DNA from: an uncultured Treponema sp.
GTDB taxonomy: Bacteria; Spirochaetota; Spirochaetia; Treponematales; Treponemataceae
DNA: 64,000 nucleotides
Direction: 5' to 3'
NCBI GenBank assembly: GCA_946540605.1
Contig: CAMNIU010000195.1
Coordinates: forward strand, 43 to 64,042
Of the stretch, positions 51,801-57,663 are shown piece by piece. The notes beneath the pieces were generated by a model. The model was not told the DNA's origin and searched no databases. It saw nothing but the letters and a program-made list of their open reading frames with translations. Made by a program: the position numbers and the translations under genes. Numbering within the stretch: position 1 is the first letter of the stretch; each line of letters opens with the position of its first letter.

Positions 51801-54717
51801 CTTCTGTTGTTGATACTCCGTAATGAATATTCTTTATGATTCCACTGTTATCAGAAGTTTCAATTTTTATAGTTAATTCATTTTTACCGATAAAATCATC
51901 ATCTGAAATTTCATTTTCTTCATAGATGAATTTATTATTCGTAATTTCAGGAATCGACCTATCGATTGTGAATGATATTTTTTCTGAGTCAGCTGAATTA
52001 CCCAATGCATCAAATGCTTTAAGCCATACGTTATGAGTCCCAGGTTCGAAATTCCATACATCAAGCTCTATAGAAGTATCAACCTTTTCTTTACGGGTAA
52101 GCAAATTGTTGTCAACAAAATATTCTACTTTTGCTACTCCAGATACATTATCAGTTACACTTATATTCTTTAATGTAAGCTTATCCTTATAGCTGTATGC
52201 TTCAGATGTAAATGACATTACTGGAGGTGTTATATCAACAATATCAATTATATATTCTGTTGAAGCAATGTTTCCGCATTTATCTTCAACAGTAAAATAA
52301 ACCTTTTGTTTCTTTCCATCTTTTAAGGTCGCTACATTACCGTTGTTATATGTTTTTCCATCTGAAGACCATTTATAAGACTGCTCATTCAACCCACTGT
52401 CAGTATCTGTTGCAGCTGCAGTAATCTTGTTCCCATGCTGTGTGAAAGTTGTATTAAACACAGGTGCTTTTGTATCAATTCGAACCAATTTTTTTGCTGA
52501 GGTTCCGATATTTCCACAGTCATCTTCTACTGTAAACCATACTTCAGCTTCGCCGTGAGTGTTGAGAGTTAGCTCTTTACCTTTTCCTGATTTCTCAGAG
52601 CCGTCTGTATACTGATAGTAATATTTCCATGTATCAGAGTTTACATCATTAGAACGGCTCTCTGCTTTTATAACGGCACTTTGTGACCAGGTTTCAGGAA
52701 CAGATGCAAATGTTACTACAGGTCCTGTATTATCAATTACAATTGTATATTCGTCGCTATATACTGTGTTTCCGGCATTATCAATTGCGTAGAATTTTAA
52801 TTTATTTACACCTTCGTTTTCAAGTTTAGCTGAGATTGTGTTCTTGTACTCTTCCGAAGATGCAATCTTCTTAGAATCTATATAGATTTCATATCCGGTT
52901 GCACTGATTCCGGAATTTGCATCTGATGATGTAACTGAAATTGAAAGAGTTTTTGATTTTGAAGGTATAGTACTGTTAAATTTAATTACAGGCTTTGTTG
53001 CATCAATTTTTATCTTCTTGGAAGCAGTTATACCCTCAATACCGGTATTGCTCTTTACCTTGAAAACTAAGTTATATTCTCCAGTTTTATTTAAGAGGAG
53101 ATAGATTTCAACATCTGTATCTTTTTGACAGTTATTAAATGTTTTTCCACCATCAAGAGAATATTGCCATGTACTGTCATTTATTCCGGATGAACAGCCG
53201 TTTGCTGTTAACAAGATTTTATAACTTGAAAACCATGAATCACTATTAAATGTTGTATAATTAATTGATGGGGTTGAATTATCAATATAAACTTCAACAG
53301 TCGTAATACCAGATTCATTTCCAGCTTTATCTACTGCTTTACAATAAACTGTATATGAACCAGTTTTATTCAAAAGATAACTTGAACCTGTAGTCCAGTT
53401 ATTTTGATCTGTAGAAAACTTATAAGTCGATATTCCAGAATTTTCATCTGTACTCTTTGGTGTAATTGTAACTGAAGAACCATATTTATTTGCTTTTCCA
53501 TTTAGAATTGTTATTCCACCAACATTTGGATCTGTAAGTGTGAGAACAGGAGCTGATGGATTAACTTTATCGACTTTTAGTGTAATTTTTTCTGATATTG
53601 CATCATTTTCAGCTTTATCGGAAACATAGATATAAATATTATGAATTCCTGTGTCTAAATCAAAGACTTTATTAAAATCCTGACTTGGAGACATTTCAAC
53701 TTTATCTCCGTTGTCAATACTATATTTCCATTTTGAAGTATCAAGAGCATAATTATCGGTAGCAGTAGCTGAAACTGTAACAGCTGATTTTGTCCAGTCT
53801 TTAGTATAAGGGTCAACTGTGATTACAGGTGGGGTTTTATCTACTGTAAAACTAATTTTTGAACTAGAACCACTATATCCAACTTTATCTTTGGCAGTAA
53901 AATAAAAATCAGTATATTTACCCTCTCCACTAAGAGTAGCAACATTTCCAGTTCCCTGCCCCGTAACACCATTTAGTTTATAGGTATAATTAATTGTTTC
54001 AAGATTTGCTTCTTCAACCTTTGCTTGAACTGAAGCCTGTTTACTATAATTTTTTGGTGTAACTTCGTATGTTACTTTTGGTGCAGTTTGATCGAGGATA
54101 TAAGTTCTTGATACTGTACTTCTATTTCCAAGATTATCACTCACACTAAAGGTTACAATATAAGTTCCATCCGGTCTATTGTTAAAATTAAAACTATTAC
54201 TAGGAGAGGACATTCCAAGTTGACTACAAGAAACATTCCAAGACCCCGGATTTACACCAGATTGACCATCACTTGCTGAAGCTATTATTTCTACATTAGC
54301 ACCAATACAGGCAGAAGAATTATTAATTGAAATTGAAGGTCCTTGTATATCTCGTCTAAATAGAAAAGTATGCGATTCAGAACTATCATATACATCATAA
54401 TCTTGATTATGCCCCCAAAGTGGACCATCCCATACCCACTTTGTTTCTGTTCTATAATAATTTACAGTAATCGTTAGATTATTATCTGAAGAAATATTTG
54501 AAGAACCACTTGCACTTACTTGACTTCCATATGCTGACCATGAAACACCTACTGGATTCTTAAAATAAAAGGTGTTACCTGATCTTACTACAGCTGAATT
54601 TACAGTAAGATAAATACCGCCTCTTTTTGAGTTCGTTATTGTGAAAGTCTCAGAAAATAAAAGAGAAACTCCAATTGTAATTAGGAGTGAAAATAAAGCA
54701 AACTTTTTCTTATTCAT
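39802..54717 (-). CDS. Giant (4971 aa) secreted multidomain Ig-like/beta-repeat protein
   Basis: Signal peptide; ~13 N-terminal Ig-like repeats each starting D.T.P and containing D.AGN; long beta-repeat core; FN3-like, IPT/TIG-like, He_PIG-like (GSLPLGIKLNSTTGMLEGTP) and PQQ-like propeller segments; three C-terminal D.T.P repeats; SD GAGGTG. Confidence 0.9.
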   Translation of the reverse strand: MNKKKFALFSLLITIGVSLLFSETFTITNSKRGGIYLTVNSAVVRSGNTFYFKNPVGVSWSAYGSQVSASGSSNISSDNNLTITVNYYRTETKWVWDGPLWGHNQDYDVYDSSESHTFLFRRDIQGPSISINNSSACIGANVEIIASASDGQSGVNPGSWNVSCSQLGMSSPSNSFNFNNRPDGTYIVTFSVSDNLGNRSTVSRTYILDQTAPKVTYEVTPKNYSKQASVQAKVEEANLETINYTYKLNGVTGQGTGNVATLSGEGKYTDFYFTAKDKVGYSGSSSKISFTVDKTPPVITVDPYTKDWTKSAVTVSATATDNYALDTSKWKYSIDNGDKVEMSPSQDFNKVFDLDTGIHNIYIYVSDKAENDAISEKITLKVDKVNPSAPVLTLTDPNVGGITILNGKANKYGSSVTITPKSTDENSGISTYKFSTDQNNWTTGSSYLLNKTGSYTVYCKAVDKAGNESGITTVEVYIDNSTPSINYTTFNSDSWFSSYKILLTANGCSSGINDSTWQYSLDGGKTFNNCQKDTDVEIYLLLNKTGEYNLVFKVKSNTGIEGITASKKIKIDATKPVIKFNSTIPSKSKTLSISVTSSDANSGISATGYEIYIDSKKIASSEEYKNTISAKLENEGVNKLKFYAIDNAGNTVYSDEYTIVIDNTGPVVTFASVPETWSQSAVIKAESRSNDVNSDTWKYYYQYTDGSEKSGKGKELTLNTHGEAEVWFTVEDDCGNIGTSAKKLVRIDTKAPVFNTTFTQHGNKITAAATDTDSGLNEQSYKWSSDGKTYNNGNVATLKDGKKQKVYFTVEDKCGNIASTEYIIDIVDITPPVMSFTSEAYSYKDKLTLKNISVTDNVSGVAKVEYFVDNNLLTRKEKVDTSIELDVWNFEPGTHNVWLKAFDALGNSADSEKISFTIDRSIPEITNNKFIYEENEISDDDFIGKNELTIKIETSDNSGIIKNIHYGVSTTEGIEPESWKIQKENTIILNNTQNALQNGINFIYVKAEDIAGNYSESLIKAIIKDTGKPGKALISSTTHKFANDIKEVELNTNASFVLKPTRTSGAGIKGYRYSLEEGISDTNTRVVLSGTIESKSMEILEFAELADNEENEFYFLKVWCIGGNDLESDAAIYAFRVDTTPPSGLYISLNPQVNYSNSYFYNDDVANVSWNIPRDLTGVENYELEIAVAGEKLYNVNTKNTSAVINVKNLCKAKDLKSGILEVHVKAYDYAKNSVEASRSFNFDFEAPAFEGEITVEDVADKPVAKKIIWGKITDAQSECDQIVIEYTRLDEENAKSNRVVLNAEDGKLAEEYTISTFRNDTAYFLSVTGYDKAGNTATLEKCFAVGNAVVPEVIRSEYKELSNGIIITGIKEKRPGSVKLINGKLLLPENIKVYEIKSINETEVKERISELCIANGTLIASDNSIPTADFEPSADTLRYETQIGNFIFENQNFVYESENGLSLTNVTVEVPVQNKLKNKEKVLFERIEAGYPNALYIKAISNVIATPVTVKTDGFDIQNVNLVEIAGESYELKNKNDKLFFEPKNIDIVTSNKEKEIPLTNTYTDSSFKSVYADIDGTNLELVLNDVKYIVKKAGISGNIINIYEAEVELPEGYSPSKLVIKNFAINDETLEVTKGKYFEAESLTVTENGNTIIENGIVTIGKDGKLLVSGVLNIGTEYGAVEVTNLEIKNDGLDIEKGCNVASYNFVLYGYNVNVTKAIYSKDKLLIKEGEIEVYGKKYNIEDLGVTTTAKDSVYKAGFAKGNGSINAEYSTACNIIDIEIDSEGVFAKELIVPVYGASDAWKLKHVLLKASGTVSVTTADEYITQINGYDILAKKTTFNGKEIVVESGIITNANGFKDTKLNISNIILNSNAIVSGGETSQNEVYSLDGWNVIFDTISLANGGLTGKASVKNEAEDYELEIAFESFTVNADGSFSTGKVIAEDSYIIKNDYYFEISNASINQNSQNNKLEIVSSKPKLITGENQSIQLTNSYIDSEGNLRIDTSKNKYSFTTSNGCEMDIVETSFDGDKFILKGSGKPGTFTKYNSSDITLTLLPTMKVTSDYADIDYNYTYKGWNIKGHGVQFKKNYIEIVSNIVTFNGTEIEVGDLLFSMDGTLLGENIAPQNTNISIISDQSVITETRFSEEGLFATVNIALPENFNNSILAYNSVCLHSDGTFESETIISHAEIPLGNITFNFDYISLSKKGLSIGYASINVPELENLSIELKGLAITNKGVELKGCVTSPFRLWNMTFAISKLSIDKDKIDFKGTIRLPETLPGILSGRTVVIRDFSIGLDGKVKSFDARLEGKYTIPFLDSFALAVTSVGVAYKNESPWIMMEKASLILPSTYCIDNISITDVAFNPLKGEFDFDTIRADTRLSTTLSGITFNLTSVSITKAMTLGFTGNAYFGGDELPDFIKGKSVELKQFEIKSDGNIGNIDIQLNGLDGKIAPSIEVVELKDGAVAVRKEDGSNSLYLSVSGALEFTDKAPPFLLDANGKGGVALRIENFTIDASRPCITELDAYLSRKVNDVWTREVKEINFDPNLGGTQLNDVYVAFFYNGEKDEGSVTLSGGLILPDSLPEGICGTEVRLNKFEIALNGQVKTFGAEYNLAKTAIGSIELRDVHLGAEYKNEEIEYSVATTLLLPEDKFIQGIGGSTTSASLVFTADELKSVDAAFRLGDISIADGLKVNGVYIGVQKHGATALQFSVGGRAILPDSLPEGLKGTEIAISKFVINQYGEIEDIDIGARNINALLFGQLQLSGGSVVFSKGTVKDEFLIDVGGLLAFSQSSSVPDGLKKSSFAINKLQVSTKNGLVAFDAGLNDGISFEILGGVEVGVHQLFFSNEGFRVAASAGLKFPSVDFGGVRFDASIDMLWNGQIKAFNGGLGALDVTIAGFKGNIKKLYVGQFSANSEFMVSLEECRLTLPANFGSMGGSSFALKNATFNPRNGDFNGEFEVPSLKTEIAGFKLVLDAPTINFKEFKIGFSRAYLELPEFFNASGANVSIYDIVLTAQSGLSIGGAGFTLPDFKLGEFGFKNIGAEFRMQDGTYFISGHGGIILPNVGEIEAALCFTEVSEIYPIGLKHAYFSFEAVTGIPLGTTGLYLSGIRGGLGYGYPDEVPEKYQKLFGERGPRVQLGLTVKDGSGGKLARMTADAWIDIEKITWVLEGKATILSGTLNISADAAAIITNNCFATGMNINIKFVRGSIELYIFDQNGNLKFSGAGEAKFGLPKGELYDGWLISIPPCDLWLGGFGVMFGDFTNGKRGFLGYIDIEFCGFNWGRIGAFVGTGGLDLRVSSYDICRPEGINLKSYRSARSASVNNLSSPIVTSGAIYKVVIPGGNNTIKNINTSSSIRSRSIALGAATPTLNSIEQNNAVPETSEEAPVKTSFVIGYLEGDPEFTVYSPSGKKYKAGDIGINTQYIENGLLINIDNPEGGEWTISVDNMPEGTYELAAFGVEKIPTVTVEEPSSGLLNATDSIYVSGTTSEKNRNVYIFASTDEYAPVVELGYLKSDSEGKFAGYVSTDNIADGEYVITARVVTDDDMYSPAGIASGKYNIDRSGLKLKAPANVYVTESEENKLKLLWTNTNGTRAAGYKLKTITDGKESEDNLGNITELYISNYQPGSNVSYSLCAYDEYGNESDYTDYISYVVGDNNSENNKVYIKNKVIELIAKKGMTSECTVDVSYKNWKDELSYVQAKKLETARDYNAMSTEEYLSLVQGDNKLTANEELPVEVSFEKNIQVSKNGNELKIFITPSDTCAEGEYTVECEVANDNNPENKDNFTLKITVENPSPVITAVYPATVDGTKENEITIYGEGFVPGVKYYLGNKELITVASEDENLYCRTLKLPVITERGTHKIRVSNEKGEYAEYELGVIIPSYDVNLYTTEVFLNKGQTGSFNLSVTPFDGYEEPANFTVEDCSEQLSVELPVIPMNEAGCIKVNTQNATEGDYKIVIKASSGKSFELTVHVTADKILPVITSFNPYRLNKGCEASVIGYGFGDKGKLYLNDKEFAVNSYTDSKIDFVIPADLEGDSLTIYVENENGTSDVITKNVYEYSFKVRIPKDKYTISSGETETVNIAINGYASNIKLKAEAEAGAPLTISLSKDIVSTNAFVEMQVTCNENANPGEYNIVINAEGNNINITKTVKVTVLSDMKIITEKLTEAVLGVKYENKLEAETEGAEVIWKLSSGSLPLGIKLNSTTGMLEGTPSVSGKYSFTVRISKVDGSYCEKDLTLIVKDEIWAMNGKNSGNTNSVVSDIPSTSQEFWNAKLKEGIANIYSNGSKVVVLTESGRMYIFSEHGKQLYDSTDIFYKKGFITNRYFYGLTKNNVLEARTLEKGFLMWSRENVSKITSNSTVLIAQLEENAMSIDPVNGTLVEQLPFSLTDANYVWNNDALYVYTGNKIYGVYGSDKSLELEDAILNVSVDADGFVILTENKLYSFSTELELQQTGIIKNEKECSLAVSADEIAVSNNQATVLYERDTLKVKHVYAGGRFTALANEKLVIADSTKLSINNVYSGKEIWSVNGDITAVAMCNGKLLVADKNILRSYEGNSNTNAPVVTVTYSNPADGTDDWYTRLPVATITADDKETYVESIWYRHNGGDFKPYTESFTTVEGDNLIEAYAFDSKGMKCDIVTSYIKTDITMPESSIFITPVKNARGWYENDVTVRFTAYDSGSGVNRIIVNGKTYDEPLEFTKEGTYKLTWYAVDNAGNKEVERTEVIQLDKYNPTTGINVRSDKGLSIIRLEVQDSYSGVDYIKYAVDNETEKVYEKELLIFEPGRHTIRWQAYDQSGRKSGLMTQTFVVQKEDGIGNFMAFAELNGKKHEVKTPFSYDSQIYANDAADYTQWPYHYWERAYLHTLPWYVTGGDYIQYLGSDMNIKGKRTVEFYSKKNVTLYMFAGPEMAVDGSWTLVEKKFGMQGDWYRDGWNVYKRKVSKGEKIVVEVGKNVLALPVITAKQENN

Positions 54718-56071
54718 AAACCACCTCTGTATTGTTTACACTCAAAGACCCTTTATTATAAACACAAATTTTTGACTTTTCGTTTTTTGAATTTGTTAGA
54801 ATAAACTTTTCTATATTCGAATTATTAAGTACATTTAATTCATCCGAAAGAAGAGTTACAGATTTTTCATTTTCAAACATCCATAATCCCTGATGAACGT
54901 TTCTTCTGATGCTGGTTCCAGACATAAATGATTCTACTGATATATTCTTTACAGTCTGGTAGTCATCCATCGATATTGCAATAAACTGTTTTTTTCCTGA
55001 ATCTTTAAAAAGAATAAACTGATCATCAACATAATTTGCAAACTGGACTTTCGCATCAAGATTTAAATCTACATCCTGAATATTATTCTGTGTTATATTC
55101 AGTAATTTCCATTTATTTTCAGTTTTATAAATCATCTTAACGTTATTTTCATCGCTGTAAATAATTTTTACATCAGATGCAATATAACTGTCTTCAAGTA
55201 AATTTCTTTTTATTGTAAGTGTTGAATCATAGAATGAAATCTTATTTGACAAGCTGTTATTTGAAATTAATTCAGGATAATAAGCATATCCTTGTGTGTT
55301 TTCTTTTTCTTCAAAATTGAAATTATTATACTTGTATAAGATTGTTTTATTATCAGCAAAAAGCATCAAATACAAATCTTTATTTTCAGTATAAAAGAAA
55401 TCAACATATTCAATTACACCATTAGAGTTAATATCCTTTTTTTCAAATTGATTACCGTTTTTCTTTAAGAAGGTAATTTTTGTATTATCATTCGAAATAT
55501 AATAACCAATTAAATCTCCTTCATACCAGTAATAAAATTTATATGAAGTTACAGTATCATCTGGATTTGAAATTGATTGAATATTATTTACTTCATTATC
55601 TGAAATTGAAATGTTGTATAAAACATTGTTATTTAAGAAGGAATAGTTATAAACTTTTGATTCATCATTGTAATTCAGTGAAAAATTAGAAAAAACACTC
55701 TGTTCAAAATTCAATGCATATTTTTTTAATTCAATTGAGTTTTCATAATCAACTTTTATCGTTATTAATTTATAAATATCATTTTCTTTTCCAATACATA
55801 TAAAATAATTCGAATCTATTTCTGATAAAGATAAACCTTGCACATCGGTTATACCTGATACATCTTCCGGCAAATCAATTTTCTGTAACCTTGAAGCCTC
55901 ATCTGCGTTTATTGCTTTTAGAGAGCCGTTTTGAACGTAGAGGATCAATGCTGTTCCATCATAATTCTGGGCGGCCTGCATACTGGTAACCCCATTGCCA
56001 ATATGCAATTCGTTTGCATAAATAAGACAAATAAATAGAGAAATAAAAATCGTCATCAATTGTTTTTTCAT
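54710..56071 (-). CDS. Secreted beta-rich hypothetical protein, first gene of the cargo operon
   Basis: SD GGAG before ATG 56071; signal peptide ending LIYA|N; overlaps the giant gene start. Confidence 0.75.
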   Translation of the reverse strand: MKKQLMTIFISLFICLIYANELHIGNGVTSMQAAQNYDGTALILYVQNGSLKAINADEASRLQKIDLPEDVSGITDVQGLSLSEIDSNYFICIGKENDIYKLITIKVDYENSIELKKYALNFEQSVFSNFSLNYNDESKVYNYSFLNNNVLYNISISDNEVNNIQSISNPDDTVTSYKFYYWYEGDLIGYYISNDNTKITFLKKNGNQFEKKDINSNGVIEYVDFFYTENKDLYLMLFADNKTILYKYNNFNFEEKENTQGYAYYPELISNNSLSNKISFYDSTLTIKRNLLEDSYIASDVKIIYSDENNVKMIYKTENKWKLLNITQNNIQDVDLNLDAKVQFANYVDDQFILFKDSGKKQFIAISMDDYQTVKNISVESFMSGTSIRRNVHQGLWMFENEKSVTLLSDELNVLNNSNIEKFILTNSKNEKSKICVYNKGSLSVNNTEVVYE

Positions 56072-56228
56072 AAACAAAACTCCAAGATTGTTATGCGAGT
56101 TAAATATTTATGAAAAAAAGAACTTTTGTAATATAAAACTTCTTTTTATCATAAAAACATTTTTTCCAAAGAAATTTATAATATAAGAAACATCGAAAAG
56201 TCAATTTTGAATTTATGTTATAAATCAC

Positions 56229-56330
56229 ATTTGTGACAGATGTCACACTCTTTTTAATATTTTTATGACAGATGTCATCTTTGTAATATCAAATATGATT
56301 TTGGTCATATCAAAATAACCAAGGTTATTT
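56229..56330. promoter_or_regulatory. Cluster of palindromic boxes at the right end of the locus
   Basis: TGTGACAGATGTCACA (56232-56247, TGTGA-N6-TCACA), ATGACAGATGTCAT (56265-56278), ATATGA-N6-TCATAT (56293-56310), AAATAACCAAGGTTATTT (56313-56330). Confidence 0.7.
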
Positions 56331-56397
56331 ACCGCAGCATCATTTTTATTCCAGATTACCCCTTTAAAACTTACTGACTTCCGTTTATAATACCCTT

Positions 56398-57573
56398 ATG
56401 ACTTATCTTGCAAAAATTGGGGAGCTTACTCTTAAGGGCTCGAATATTCAGGAATTTGAAAATCTTTTAAAACATAATGCGGCTAAATATCTTGAGGGAA
56501 CGGGAGCAAAAGTTACTCTACGTGCCGGCCGGCTTTATATTGAGTGCGAAGAAGCTGTACAGGAAAGAGTTGAATTTACTCTGAATCATCTTATTGGAAT
56601 TACCGGTTGGGCAAAGGCTACTGTTTGTGATAAGACAATTGAAGCAATTAATAAAGCGGTTTATGAAATTGCAAAAATTGAGGCTGAACGCAGCTGTAAG
56701 ACTTTTAAGATTGATGCACGCCGTGCTGACAAAAGCTTTCCGATGAACTCCTATGAGATTTGCTGCGAAGCGGCAGGTGATGTGGAAGCCCTTATGAAGG
56801 TTGATGTTCATAAGCCTGATACAACTATTTATGTTGAAGTTCGCGAAAAATGTTTTGTTTATACTGATTCTAATACTGGTTGCCGTGGACTTCCTGTAGG
56901 CTGCAGTGGAAAAGGCCTTTTACTTTTGAGTGGTGGTTTGGATTCTCCAGTTGCAGGATATCGTATGCTGCGCCGTGGAATGAAAATTGAATGCTGTTAT
57001 TTCCATTCATATCCATATACTTCAGAAGAAGCAAAACAGAAGGTTGTTACACTTGCGCAGAAGCTTGCTTACTATGGAATTACAACATATCTGAATGTTA
57101 TTCCTTTTACAGATGTTCAGATGAAGATTAAGGAAAAAGCACCGGAAGCCTGGAGTACTCTTATGCTTCGTGTCTGCATGATGAAACTTGCGAATCGCCT
57201 TGCCCATCGCTGTAATGCAAAATGTATTATCACAGGAGAAAGCGTTGGTCAGGTTGCAAGCCAGACAATTGAAAACATGACAGTAACTGAACATTTTGCT
57301 GAACTTCCACTTCTCCGCCCTCTTTGCGGTATGGATAAGGAAGAAATCATTAAGGATTCATATTTTATTGATACTTATGAAACTTCTATTTTGCCTTATG
57401 AAGATTGTTGTGTTCTCTTTAGTCCTCGTCATCCGGTATTAAGAGGACAGCCTGAAGAAGCAGAAGAGATTTACAAGTCTCTTGAAGTTGATGAATTGAT
57501 AGAAAAGTCTTATAAGGAACGTGAGATTTATAAGCTGACGGTTAATGAGGAACCTGTTAAAAAAACTAATTAA
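56398..57573 (+). CDS. thiI: tRNA 4-thiouridine(8) synthase ThiI (no rhodanese domain)
   Basis: GELTLKG, THUMP domain, GLPVG, PP-loop LLSGGLDSPVA, GESVGQVASQT, PYEDCC; TATAAT 6 nt before the ATG. Confidence 0.95.
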   Translation: MTYLAKIGELTLKGSNIQEFENLLKHNAAKYLEGTGAKVTLRAGRLYIECEEAVQERVEFTLNHLIGITGWAKATVCDKTIEAINKAVYEIAKIEAERSCKTFKIDARRADKSFPMNSYEICCEAAGDVEALMKVDVHKPDTTIYVEVREKCFVYTDSNTGCRGLPVGCSGKGLLLLSGGLDSPVAGYRMLRRGMKIECCYFHSYPYTSEEAKQKVVTLAQKLAYYGITTYLNVIPFTDVQMKIKEKAPEAWSTLMLRVCMMKLANRLAHRCNAKCIITGESVGQVASQTIENMTVTEHFAELPLLRPLCGMDKEEIIKDSYFIDTYETSILPYEDCCVLFSPRHPVLRGQPEEAEEIYKSLEVDELIEKSYKEREIYKLTVNEEPVKKTN

Positions 57574-57574
57574 C

Positions 57575-57648
57575 TGTCATTCCCGCGAAAGCGGGAATCT
57601 GTACAATACTGACCTGTATAGATTGTCGGGTCAAGCCCGACAATGACA
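57575..57648. repeat. REP/BIME-like composite palindrome
   Basis: TGTCATTCCCGCGAAAGCGGGAATCT, spacer, AGATTGTCGGGTCAAGCCCGACAATGACA; two hairpins in inverted arrangement with TGTCAT/ATGACA ends. Confidence 0.8.
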
Positions 57649-57663
57649 ATAAAGAAATGAATT

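Noticed and set aside
39802-54717. RHS/CdiA/RTX toxin, or DGR target
   Set aside because: No YD repeats, DPxG core end, haemagglutinin or GGxGxD repeats; no reverse transcriptase or TR/VR pair; plus-strand ORFs within it are shadow frames
24061-56397. Prophage, ICE or integrase-mobilised island
   Set aside because: No integrase, transposase, relaxase, phage structural gene or flanking tRNA; mobility is unsupported beyond the shared end motifs and AT richness
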